Of a DNA stretch of 64,000 bases, positions 50,997 to 59,337 are shown in pieces (within the stretch, counting starts at the first letter, position 1; the number at the start of each line of letters is the position of its first letter). Below the pieces are notes generated by a model. The model ran no database searches, was not told the origin of the DNA, and saw only the letters and a program-made list of their open reading frames with translations. Source of the stretch: Clostridia bacterium (GTDB taxonomy: Bacteria > Bacillota > Clostridia > Oscillospirales > SIG627); the NCBI GenBank assembly GCA_017440805.1, contig JAFSGN010000022.1, positions 60,225 through 124,224 on the forward strand. Direction: 5' to 3'. Made by a program: the position numbers and the translations under genes.

Positions 50997-51266
50997 ATGG
51001 ATAATAACATTATCAGCAACATAAATTCTAACACAGGCTTTAATTATCAACTACTGAAAAATCATATAATTGATATTGAAACAAACCGACAAATAATTTA
51101 TTTTTCGATATTAATAAATAAATTATCAAAAAATTGTGTCATAAAAAGTGTATATATATGTGATGTGTCCCGCGATATAATATCTGCGAAACGAATATTT
51201 AATAGAATTTCGGAATGCAATACAGAGTGCGAAACTGTCAATGAAATTATTTCTGAAATGATTTGA
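50997..51266 (+). CDS. Small hypothetical protein (89 aa), no recognised domain
   Basis: ATG 50997 has GGAGAG 6 nt upstream; the track's TTG start at 50985 is less likely. There is no TM helix or signal peptide, and the gene is very AT-rich. It has its own promoter and stops 19 nt before the -35 box of the topB promoter. Confidence 0.55.
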   Translation: MDNNIISNINSNTGFNYQLLKNHIIDIETNRQIIYFSILINKLSKNCVIKSVYICDVSRDIISAKRIFNRISECNTECETVNEIISEMI

Positions 51267-51284
51267 CATTATTTACAGTTAATA

Positions 51285-51312
51285 TTGACTTTTACATGTT
51301 TTATGATATAAT
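51285..51312 (+). promoter_or_regulatory. Sigma-A-type promoter for topB
   Basis: TTGACT (51285-51290), a 16-nt spacer ending in TGA (extended -10), then TATAAT (51307-51312). Confidence 0.6.
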
Positions 51313-51347
51313 ATTTATATGTATTTTATTATTGAAAGGTTTTGAGA

Positions 51348-53513
51348 ATGGCTAAAACTCTTGTTCTTGCTGAAAAGCCTTCTGTCGGAAAAGAAATTGC
51401 ACGGGTTTTGGGGTGCAAACATTCTTCCGCCGGATACATTTCAAGTGATAAATTTATTGTAACATGGGCAATGGGACATTTGGTTACTTTATGTGAGCCG
51501 GAACATTACGGAGATAAATATAAAACCTGGAGTATGGAATCACTTCCTATGCTCCCTGAAAAAATGGAACTCCGGGTAATTCCCGAGACATCCAAACAAT
51601 TTGGTGTTGTCAAATCTCTTTTACACAGTCCCGAGGTTTCGCAACTTATAATTGCAACTGATGCAGGGCGGGAAGGTGAACTTGTCGCTCGTTGGATTAT
51701 ATCAAAGGCAGGCTTTTCAAAACCGATAAAAAGGCTTTGGATATCATCACAAACCGATAAAGCAATAAAAGACGGATTTAATAATTTAAAAAACGGAAAT
51801 GATTTTTTTTATTTATACCTTTCCGCAAAAGCAAGAGCCGAAGCAGACTGGATTGTCGGATTTAATGCAACCCGTGCATTGACATGCAAATATAATGCTC
51901 AGCTTTCGGCAGGGCGTGTTCAGACCCCTACCCTTGCGATGATTGTCGAAAGAGAAAATGAAATTAAAAATTTTGTTTCTAAAGAATATTACAACATAAA
52001 AGCAAATCTCGGCAGTTTTTTTGTAACATATTTGGACTCAAAACGCAACAGTTCAGTATTCAGTAAAAAGTTTGCACAGGAAGTTTACGACCGGACAAAA
52101 GGAACCCAACTTAGACTGGTCAGACTTAATTCTGAACTCAAGTCGGCACCGCCGCCGTTATTGTATGACTTAACAGAACTTCAAAGAGACGCAAACAAGG
52201 CTTACGGCTTTTCACCGAAGCAAACGCTTTCCATAATGCAACGACTGTACGAACATCATAAGGTTCTTACTTATCCCAGAACCGATTCCCGTTATCTTAC
52301 CGATGACATAATGCCTACAATCAAAGACCGGCTTCGTGCAGTTGATACATCGGATTTTTCTCAATTTACAAAAGAAATTATTAACAAAGGAATGTCCTTG
52401 TCGAAATCTTGTTTTGATAACGCGAAAGTAACTGACCACCATGCAATAATTCCGACTGAGCAACGCGCTGATCTCTCTTCAATGAATAATGAAGAGCGTA
52501 AAATATATACAATGGTTGTCAAACGATTTTTAACTTGTTTTTACGCAAAACATAAATATCGTAAAATCACTGCTGAATTTTCAAATCCTTCAAATGACTT
52601 ATTCTATGCTACGGGACGCGAAATTATCGAGATGGGATGGAAAACTGTTTATTTACTGAAAGACGACATTGATGACGATGAGCAAATCCTTCCCTCTCTC
52701 AAACAAGACTCATTATTTAAGGTGACCGATGTTGAGATACGGAATCTAAAAACCTCACCGCCGCCACGCTACACAGAGGCTACTTTGCTTTCCGCAATGG
52801 AAAACCCTTCCAAGTTTATAAATGATAAATCAATGAGGGAATTCATCGGCGGCGGATTGGGTACTCCGGCAACAAGAGCGGACATTATTGAAAAATTATA
52901 CAACTCGTTTTATATTGAAAAAAGAGGTAATACAATATATCCAACCTCAAAAGGAACACAACTCATAAATATCGTTCCGCAAGACTTGAAACAACCTTTG
53001 CTGACAGCCCGCTGGGAAATGAAACTTGAATCAATTCACAAAGGTTCTCTTAAAAGTGAGTTTTTCATGGGCGATATTAAAAAGTATGCAAAAGAACTGG
53101 TGAAAGAAATCGCCGAAAGTGAGTCTTCATATAACCACGACAATGTAACAAAGAATGTCTGTCCCGAGTGCGGCAAATTCATGTTAGCCGTCAACACTAA
53201 AAAAGGGAAACTGCTTGTCTGCCAGGACAGAAACTGCGGATGGCGGCAAAATGTAATAACCCAGTCAAATCTCCGTTGTCCTGAGTGCCACAAAAAAATG
53301 GAATTACGCGGTGACGGTGATAAAAAGATGTATGTGTGTAAATGCGGTTTCAGAGAAAAAGCAAGTGTTATGCATAATAATCTTAAGTCTGCACATGTAA
53401 GCAGGCACGACATAAATAAATATATGAATTCACAAATGCAGTCTGAACCCGATTCTTCGCTCAGCCCGTTTGCTCTCGCAATGCAAAAAGCAATGAATGG
53501 TAAAAAGGAGTAA
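51348..53513 (+). CDS. topB: DNA topoisomerase III
   Basis: TOPRIM motifs LVLAEKPS and DAGREGE. Catalytic Tyr region LTYPRTDSRYL. Two C-terminal C4 zinc ribbons (CPECGK...CQDRNC; CPECHK...CKCG). Start at ATG 51348. Confidence 0.93.
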   Translation: MAKTLVLAEKPSVGKEIARVLGCKHSSAGYISSDKFIVTWAMGHLVTLCEPEHYGDKYKTWSMESLPMLPEKMELRVIPETSKQFGVVKSLLHSPEVSQLIIATDAGREGELVARWIISKAGFSKPIKRLWISSQTDKAIKDGFNNLKNGNDFFYLYLSAKARAEADWIVGFNATRALTCKYNAQLSAGRVQTPTLAMIVERENEIKNFVSKEYYNIKANLGSFFVTYLDSKRNSSVFSKKFAQEVYDRTKGTQLRLVRLNSELKSAPPPLLYDLTELQRDANKAYGFSPKQTLSIMQRLYEHHKVLTYPRTDSRYLTDDIMPTIKDRLRAVDTSDFSQFTKEIINKGMSLSKSCFDNAKVTDHHAIIPTEQRADLSSMNNEERKIYTMVVKRFLTCFYAKHKYRKITAEFSNPSNDLFYATGREIIEMGWKTVYLLKDDIDDDEQILPSLKQDSLFKVTDVEIRNLKTSPPPRYTEATLLSAMENPSKFINDKSMREFIGGGLGTPATRADIIEKLYNSFYIEKRGNTIYPTSKGTQLINIVPQDLKQPLLTARWEMKLESIHKGSLKSEFFMGDIKKYAKELVKEIAESESSYNHDNVTKNVCPECGKFMLAVNTKKGKLLVCQDRNCGWRQNVITQSNLRCPECHKKMELRGDGDKKMYVCKCGFREKASVMHNNLKSAHVSRHDINKYMNSQMQSEPDSSLSPFALAMQKAMNGKKE

Positions 53514-53515
53514 TT

Positions 53516-54412
53516 ATGGAAATATCCCGTAAGAGAATTATTATATTTCTTTGCACTGTGTTTTTTGTGACATATATCATGGCGTTTTTCCTTATGAATA
53601 ACGGCGGACTATCAAATCCCGCCGCCTCAATTATTTTCAGTGTAATGATGCTAATCCCCGCTTTTTCGGTTATTGTTTCTCAATTTTTTACAAAAGAGGG
53701 CATTAAAAATAAATACCTTAAGTTAAATTTCCGTGAAAACGCAGGCAAATATCTTGTTTCTTACTTTTTGATGCAAATTTTAATAATACTTGGTGCTGTC
53801 GCATTTTTTTGTGTTTTTCCGAAGAATTTTGACCGTTCTCTTACTTCTTTGTCCGACATGATTCTGCAAGAAACAGGAACCAGACCCTCAACAAGTAATT
53901 TGTATTCTCTTATGGCAGTACAACTTTCGTTTGCCTTTATTTCCGGACCGATTGTAAACATTTTATTTGCCTTTGGCGAAGAATACGGATGGCGTGGGTA
54001 TCTATTCCCTCACCTTTCGGAATATATGTCGCCGTTAAGTTCAGCGTTTATTACTGGTATTATATGGGGATTATGGCATGCACCGATGATTGTTATGGGA
54101 TACAACTACGGAACAGAATACAAGTTTTTTCCCATAACAGGAATATTTGCCATGATTATATTCTGCATTTCTGTTGGAATTATTTTTTCATATTTCACAT
54201 ATAAAACAGAAAGCATTTTTCCGTCTGTTTTAATGCACAGTGCCATTAATGCCTTTTCATCATCAGGTGTACTGTTTTATAACAGTAACACCCCCAATCC
54301 ATTTATCGGACCTGCCCCCACCGGAATTATCGGCGGGAGCGCATTTATAATATTCAGCATAATATGTGCTTTTTTATTAAGAAAGGAAAGTAAAAAATGT
54401 CAAAAGGAATAA
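53516..54412 (+). CDS. CPBP-family intramembrane glutamic endopeptidase (CAAX protease / Abi-like)
   Basis: Polytopic. Motif 1 is FGEEYGWRGYLF, motif 2 is WGLWHAP and motif 3 is MHSAINA. The ATG is 2 nt after the topB stop, and its AAGGAG SD lies inside the topB 3' end. Confidence 0.88.
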   Translation: MEISRKRIIIFLCTVFFVTYIMAFFLMNNGGLSNPAASIIFSVMMLIPAFSVIVSQFFTKEGIKNKYLKLNFRENAGKYLVSYFLMQILIILGAVAFFCVFPKNFDRSLTSLSDMILQETGTRPSTSNLYSLMAVQLSFAFISGPIVNILFAFGEEYGWRGYLFPHLSEYMSPLSSAFITGIIWGLWHAPMIVMGYNYGTEYKFFPITGIFAMIIFCISVGIIFSYFTYKTESIFPSVLMHSAINAFSSSGVLFYNSNTPNPFIGPAPTGIIGGSAFIIFSIICAFLLRKESKKCQKE

Positions 54413-55404
54413 TTATTGCAGGAAATCTTATTGTAGACCATGTTAAAATTTGTGATGACTATCCTAAAATAGGACTTCTTACAAACATAAGAGAAGTATC
54501 CGATTCTATTGGCGGATGCGCAGGAAATACAATTTGCGACATAGCCAAAATTGACCCTTCGGTTCCCCTCAAATGTCTGGGAAAAGTCGGAAAAGATGCC
54601 GACGGAGTTTATGTTAAAAATATTCTTACATCTCTGGGTGTAAACATTGACGGTGTAACAGAGTCAGACTCCCAGCCAACATCTTTTACGGATGTAATGT
54701 CTTCCCTTTCCGCTAACGAACGCACTTTCTTCCATGCACGCGGGGCAAATGCGGAATTTGGTATTGAAGATATTGATTTTGACACTCTTGAAGCAGATAT
54801 TTTTCATATTGGATATGCTCTTCTTCTTGACAAATTTGATGCTCCCGATAACGAATACGGAACAGTAATGGCAAAAACCCTTGCAAAAGTTCAGGAAAAA
54901 GGTATCAAAACTTGCATAGATGTTGTAAGCGAAAGCAGTGACAGATTCACAAAAATTGTATCCCCTGCCCTTAAATACTGCACATATCTTATAATCAACG
55001 AAGTTGAGGCGGAACTTATAACCGGCGTCAAAATCCGTATGGACGACGGAAGTGTATCACAAGACGGAATTAAGAACGCATGTAAAACTTTCTTTGACAA
55101 AGGTGTTGGAGAAGTTATATGCATCCATTTCCCCGAGGGCGGATATTATGTTGAGAAAAACGGAAATTGCACATATATGTCCTCTGTTAATATTCCCAAA
55201 AGTGATATCAAGGGAAAAGTCGGTGCAGGAGATGCATTCTGTGCAGGTATGCTTTACTCTCTATATAAAGGTTTTGATGCAGAATTATCTTTGCGTGTTG
55301 CAGGTGCCGCTGCTGCGTGTAATCTTACAGAGAAGAATTCTATAGACGGTCTTCGTCAGTACGACCAGATGATGAAACTTGCAGAACATTACGGCTTTCA
55401 ATAA
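54397..55404 (+). CDS. PfkB-family carbohydrate kinase
   Basis: N-terminal GG motif region and C-terminal GAGDAFCAGMLYSL. 335 aa. Overlaps the CPBP gene by 16 nt. Confidence 0.85.
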   Translation: MSKGIIIAGNLIVDHVKICDDYPKIGLLTNIREVSDSIGGCAGNTICDIAKIDPSVPLKCLGKVGKDADGVYVKNILTSLGVNIDGVTESDSQPTSFTDVMSSLSANERTFFHARGANAEFGIEDIDFDTLEADIFHIGYALLLDKFDAPDNEYGTVMAKTLAKVQEKGIKTCIDVVSESSDRFTKIVSPALKYCTYLIINEVEAELITGVKIRMDDGSVSQDGIKNACKTFFDKGVGEVICIHFPEGGYYVEKNGNCTYMSSVNIPKSDIKGKVGAGDAFCAGMLYSLYKGFDAELSLRVAGAAAACNLTEKNSIDGLRQYDQMMKLAEHYGFQ

Positions 55405-55416
55405 TCGGTAGATTTA

Positions 55417-56736
55417 ATGACTAAAATTGGTATTTTAACTCTGGGATGCCGTGTGAATCAATATGAATCGCAGGCAATTTCGGAACAACTAAAAAAAAGA
55501 GGCTATCTGATAGCCCCTTTTCAAGATGACTGCGATGTATATATTATAAACACCTGTACTGTCACTTCATCCAGCGACAAAAAAAGCCGTCAGATGATTG
55601 GCAGGGCAATTGCAAAGAAAAAGGCAAACAATGATATAATTGTATGTGCTATTGGTTGTTTTACTCAAAACCGTTTTCAAAACAACAAAAACATTCCAAT
55701 GTTTACATCGGGAGATATTGATTTTATAGGCGGAAACACCGATAAGTCCAAAATCCCGGAATTGCTGGACAGGTATATAAAAAGTCATTCAAAAGAAAAA
55801 CTCAGTGTTCTGAAAGATATAGAAAAAGAAAAAGATTTTGACGACCTTACTCTTAGCAAGAGCACCAACACCCGCGCATACCTTAAAGTTCAGGACGGTT
55901 GCAATAATTTTTGTACTTACTGCATTGTTCCGATTGTACGGGGCCCTGTACGCTCCAAGCCAATAGAAAAAGTAAAAGAAGATTTAATAAATCTGAAGAA
56001 CGGCGGGTATAACGAAGTTGTGTTCTGCGGAATTGAAATATCCGCTTACGGAAACGACAACGGGGAAAGTTTAGTTTCTCTTGCAAAACTTGCAAAAGAA
56101 ACAGGCTTTGCAAGAGTACGATACGGTTCTCTCAACCCTACACTTTTAAATGAGCATTTTATAAAGCAACTCTCTGAATTTGATGTTGTTATGCCTCACT
56201 TTCATCTTTCGGTTCAAAGTGCATCCGACACCGTTCTTGCCGCCATGGGAAGACAATATACTCAAAACACCTTGCAGCACGGAATTAATTTATTACACAA
56301 ATACTTTGAAAATGTCACTTTATCATGTGATATTATTTGCGGATTTCCGGGAGAAACTGAAGATGATTTTAATGAAACTGTCAAATTCATCTCGGAAAAC
56401 GAAATTACTCATGCTCATATCTTCCCCTATTCAAAACGCGACGGAACACCGGCGGCTTGTGCACCAAATCAAGTATCTCAGAACACCAAGAAACAACGGT
56501 GTACCTTATTACAAAATGTTGCCACAAGTAAAGTTAATGAAGTTTTCCGCAAATACACCGGTGAAACCTTCAATGTTTTAATTGAAAATAAAAAAGGCGG
56601 GTATTATTTGGGACATACAGAGAATTTTTTGCCCGTGGCATTAAGTCGCCGTTGCGAAGTCGGAACATTTGAAAAAGTTACCCTGTCGGATGTTTTTGAA
56701 AAAGTATCTGATGAAATTTCTTTTATAACATGTTGA
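55417..56736 (+). CDS. mtaB: tRNA t6A37 methylthiotransferase MtaB (radical SAM MTTase)
   Basis: MTTase N-domain LGCRVNQYES, radical SAM motif CNNFCTYC and a C-terminal TRAM-like domain. 439 aa. Confidence 0.85.
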   Translation: MTKIGILTLGCRVNQYESQAISEQLKKRGYLIAPFQDDCDVYIINTCTVTSSSDKKSRQMIGRAIAKKKANNDIIVCAIGCFTQNRFQNNKNIPMFTSGDIDFIGGNTDKSKIPELLDRYIKSHSKEKLSVLKDIEKEKDFDDLTLSKSTNTRAYLKVQDGCNNFCTYCIVPIVRGPVRSKPIEKVKEDLINLKNGGYNEVVFCGIEISAYGNDNGESLVSLAKLAKETGFARVRYGSLNPTLLNEHFIKQLSEFDVVMPHFHLSVQSASDTVLAAMGRQYTQNTLQHGINLLHKYFENVTLSCDIICGFPGETEDDFNETVKFISENEITHAHIFPYSKRDGTPAACAPNQVSQNTKKQRCTLLQNVATSKVNEVFRKYTGETFNVLIENKKGGYYLGHTENFLPVALSRRCEVGTFEKVTLSDVFEKVSDEISFITC

Positions 56737-56761
56737 ATTATTAATAATATTTATGTATAAT
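56733..56761 (+). promoter_or_regulatory. Sigma-A-type promoter for the second LCP gene
   Basis: TTGAAT (56733-56738, overlapping the mtaB stop), a 17-nt spacer, then TATAAT (56756-56761). Confidence 0.5.
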
Positions 56762-56826
56762 ATCACCTGTATATTGAATTATATTTTCCTCTGTATATAG
56801 CCAATCTTAAAGGAGCAGAACATAAT

Positions 56827-57897
56827 ATGAAATATTGGTTACGCAATTTTGCACTGACTTTTCTTATTTCACTCGTAATTTTCGGTTCGATTGCCTGGGT
56901 TGTTGTAGGCGGTCTTAAAGACATGAGCGAGGATATTTTAACAGGAGAAGTAATAGATAATATTGACTCTCCCAAAAATAACACGGATCTTCCAAACAAT
57001 TCAGAGAAAAATGAACTGGAATTCAAAGGTAAATCATTTAACTTTCTTGCAGTTGCACTTGACAAGATGCCCTTATCCGAAAAAGAACTTGAAAAATGGC
57101 GCAACAATCCGGAAAATGAAGGCCTTGATGAACCGTATACTTTAATCGAAGCACTTATGCTTGTAAGAGCAGATAAAGAAAACAAAAAATTTATATTTAT
57201 CTCTCTTCCGACGGATTTTATAATTAACTTTAAAGGCGAAAATATGCCTCTCGGAAATCTCTCAAAAAAATTAAACTTGAATGAGAAAACACAACTGGAC
57301 ATTCTCTGTAACGAAGTTACTTCCCTCACCGGATTAAGCATTGACTATTATTCTGTTGTCGATATGACTCAATTTGTTGATGCAATTGATAGGTTGGGTG
57401 GCTTCCAGTTTATTGTTCCTCAGGATATGAAGTACTCTGACCCGGAACAAAATCTGAATATTGATTTTAAAAAAGGTCAGAAAATCACAAAAGGCGAAGA
57501 TTTTTTAAAAATGCTGAGATTTGTTACTTATAACCATTCCGAAGGCACTGAAAACAATTTGTTCAATCTTTCCAAGGCAAAAAGCGAAACGGCCCGTAAT
57601 GCACTTCACATGGAATTTGTCAACATGCTTTTTCAAAAAATGCTTACCGCTGATAATATGATTTCGGTTGCAATATGGATACCGGAACTGTTAAGGTCGT
57701 CGATTACTAATTTTACTCTTGATGTTGTAAAAGATAATATTGACCTGATATTTTCCTATGAAAATTACATTACTGAAAATGTAACATATTCGCAGAATTA
57801 TATTAACTACATCAACACTAAATATTCGGATTCAGAACCAAACAAAGAAAATATCAAAGTTGCCATTGCAAAAATTTCATCGCTCCTAAACAAGTAA
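56827..57897 (+). CDS. LytR-CpsA-Psr (LCP) family protein, second paralogue
   Basis: N-terminal TM helix. Motifs FNFLAVALD, MLVRADKENKKFIFISLPTD, IDYYSVVDMTQFVDAIDRLGGFQFIVP and YSDPEQNLNIDFKKG; compare YDDPEQNLYIHINKG in the first LCP. Confidence 0.85.
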   Translation: MKYWLRNFALTFLISLVIFGSIAWVVVGGLKDMSEDILTGEVIDNIDSPKNNTDLPNNSEKNELEFKGKSFNFLAVALDKMPLSEKELEKWRNNPENEGLDEPYTLIEALMLVRADKENKKFIFISLPTDFIINFKGENMPLGNLSKKLNLNEKTQLDILCNEVTSLTGLSIDYYSVVDMTQFVDAIDRLGGFQFIVPQDMKYSDPEQNLNIDFKKGQKITKGEDFLKMLRFVTYNHSEGTENNLFNLSKAKSETARNALHMEFVNMLFQKMLTADNMISVAIWIPELLRSSITNFTLDVVKDNIDLIFSYENYITENVTYSQNYINYINTKYSDSEPNKENIKVAIAKISSLLNK

Positions 57898-57917
57898 ACT
57901 GCAAATTAATAAATCCC

Positions 57918-57960
57918 CCTTTATTGCAGAATGGTCAATACTGCCATAAAGGAGGATTTT
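57918..57960. terminator. Bidirectional terminator between convergent LCP and VanZ genes
   Basis: 12-bp stem cctttattgcag / ctgccataaagg (one mismatch) with an 11-nt loop and T-rich flanks. Confidence 0.55.
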
Positions 57961-58020
57961 ATTGTGTATAATAGTTCAATTCGAAAAGATATTAAAAATT
58001 TATATTGTATTATTTATAAA

Positions 58021-58545
58021 TTAATAGTATAATACCGAAGCGGAAGTGTTCTTTCTGCGAAGTAAAAAATGGCCGAATTTACTCAGCATTTTGGCAACAA
58101 ATATTCCCAGAACAATTCCTGTAAGAGTGCCGGAAAAATCAACTAATACATCTCCCGTATTCCCTGACCTACCATTTGAAAATGTCTGTAAATGTTCGTC
58201 CAATACAGCAGTAAACAACCCCACAAAAGCGGTGGATAATATTCTTTTATCAAGGGAAATCAATAAAAAAGCAAGTAATACAATTGCAGATTGAACTGTG
58301 TACTCAATATAATGAGCAAATTTTCTTATCAATTTCGTCAAATCCGCTCTGGCTTCCGATGTTGTTTTTCCTGTAAGTTCTGCCAACGATTTGTTTGTTG
58401 TTTTTTCAACTGTTTTTACAACCGTATCGACGATTTTTGAACTCTTCCCAGATGACACTTTTGCATTATCAACAGAAAAGGAAAATATCATCAAAGTAAA
58501 TAATACGGTAATTGCCAACAAAAATAAACCCGAATGTTTTAACAT
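58021..58545 (-). CDS. VanZ-family membrane protein
   Basis: Four hydrophobic segments, with the KFAHYIEYTV and DEHLQTF...GNTGDVLVDFSGTLTG patterns typical of VanZ-like proteins. Confidence 0.8.
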   Translation of the reverse strand: MLKHSGLFLLAITVLFTLMIFSFSVDNAKVSSGKSSKIVDTVVKTVEKTTNKSLAELTGKTTSEARADLTKLIRKFAHYIEYTVQSAIVLLAFLLISLDKRILSTAFVGLFTAVLDEHLQTFSNGRSGNTGDVLVDFSGTLTGIVLGIFVAKMLSKFGHFLLRRKNTSASVLYY

Positions 58546-58574
58546 ATTAATAAATCTTTCTTAAAGGAGTTTTT

Positions 58575-59087
58575 ATGCAATCTTCAAACGGAACAAAAAA
58601 ATTAAATATTGTCCTTGTAGAACCGGAAATACCGCAAAACACCGGAAACATTGCCAGAACCTGTGCTGCTTGCGGTGCATCACTGCATCTTATCGAGCCA
58701 TTGGGATTCAAAGTGACTGACAAAAATCTTAAACGGGCGGGTCTTGACTACTGGCATTTCCTTGAGCTGCATTATTACAAAAATTTTAATGATTTTTCTT
58801 CAAAAAATAATGGTTCATATTATTTTTTCTCAACAAAAGCACCTCGCAAACACACTGAGCCGCACTATGAAGATAATGTTTACCTCATTTTCGGTAAAGA
58901 GACGGCAGGTTTAGATGAAAATTTGCTTAAAGCAAACATTGATAAAACAGTACGGATTCCTATGTTAAACAACATACGAAGTCTGAATTTGTCTAACAGT
59001 GTCGCAATAGGTGTGTATGAGGTCCTCAGACAATGGGAATTCGGCGGATTTCTTGTTCAAGGAAAACTCGCCGAATATCATGAATAA
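58575..59087 (+). CDS. trmL: tRNA (cytidine/uridine34-2'-O)-methyltransferase TrmL (SpoU family)
   Basis: LNIVLVEPEIPQNTGNIARTCAA, FGKETAGL and SLNLSNSVAIGVYE. 170 aa. Confidence 0.88.
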   Translation: MQSSNGTKKLNIVLVEPEIPQNTGNIARTCAACGASLHLIEPLGFKVTDKNLKRAGLDYWHFLELHYYKNFNDFSSKNNGSYYFFSTKAPRKHTEPHYEDNVYLIFGKETAGLDENLLKANIDKTVRIPMLNNIRSLNLSNSVAIGVYEVLRQWEFGGFLVQGKLAEYHE

Positions 59088-59101
59088 TATTAAACTGTCA
59101 A

Positions 59102-59326
59102 TTATTTTTTTGCTTCTACATATTCTATAAGGTCTGATATAGTCTGAAGAGTATGTATGTCGTTTTCGTCAATTTCTATATCAAATTTTTCTTCGCATGT
59201 TACAACCAAATCCGCAAGTTCAATTGAATTCAGTTTCAAATCTTTAACAAAATTTGCTGACGGTGTGATAATCGACTCATCAAGTTCATATTCTTCAACA
59301 AGAAGGCTTTTAATCTGTTCAAACAT
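59102..59326 (-). CDS. Acyl carrier protein-like protein
   Basis: 74 aa and acidic. The phosphopantetheine-site region is DLKLNSIELADLVVTCEEKF (canonical DLGxDSLxxVEL). It lies 11 nt downstream of the acyl-AMP ligase gene. Confidence 0.75.
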   Translation of the reverse strand: MFEQIKSLLVEEYELDESIITPSANFVKDLKLNSIELADLVVTCEEKFDIEIDENDIHTLQTISDLIEYVEAKK

Positions 59327-59337
59327 TTCTTTTTCTC

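Noticed and set aside
9737-53513. Four topoisomerase genes (ParE/ParC-like, topA, topB) in one window as a linked system
   Set aside because: They lie in separate operons on different strands, each in a conserved housekeeping context. Co-location is most simply coincidence.
56763-57341. 192-aa ORF antisense to the second LCP gene
   Set aside because: The plus-strand frame carries clear LCP motifs. The antisense product is low-complexity Ser/Leu/Phe-rich and has no start context.
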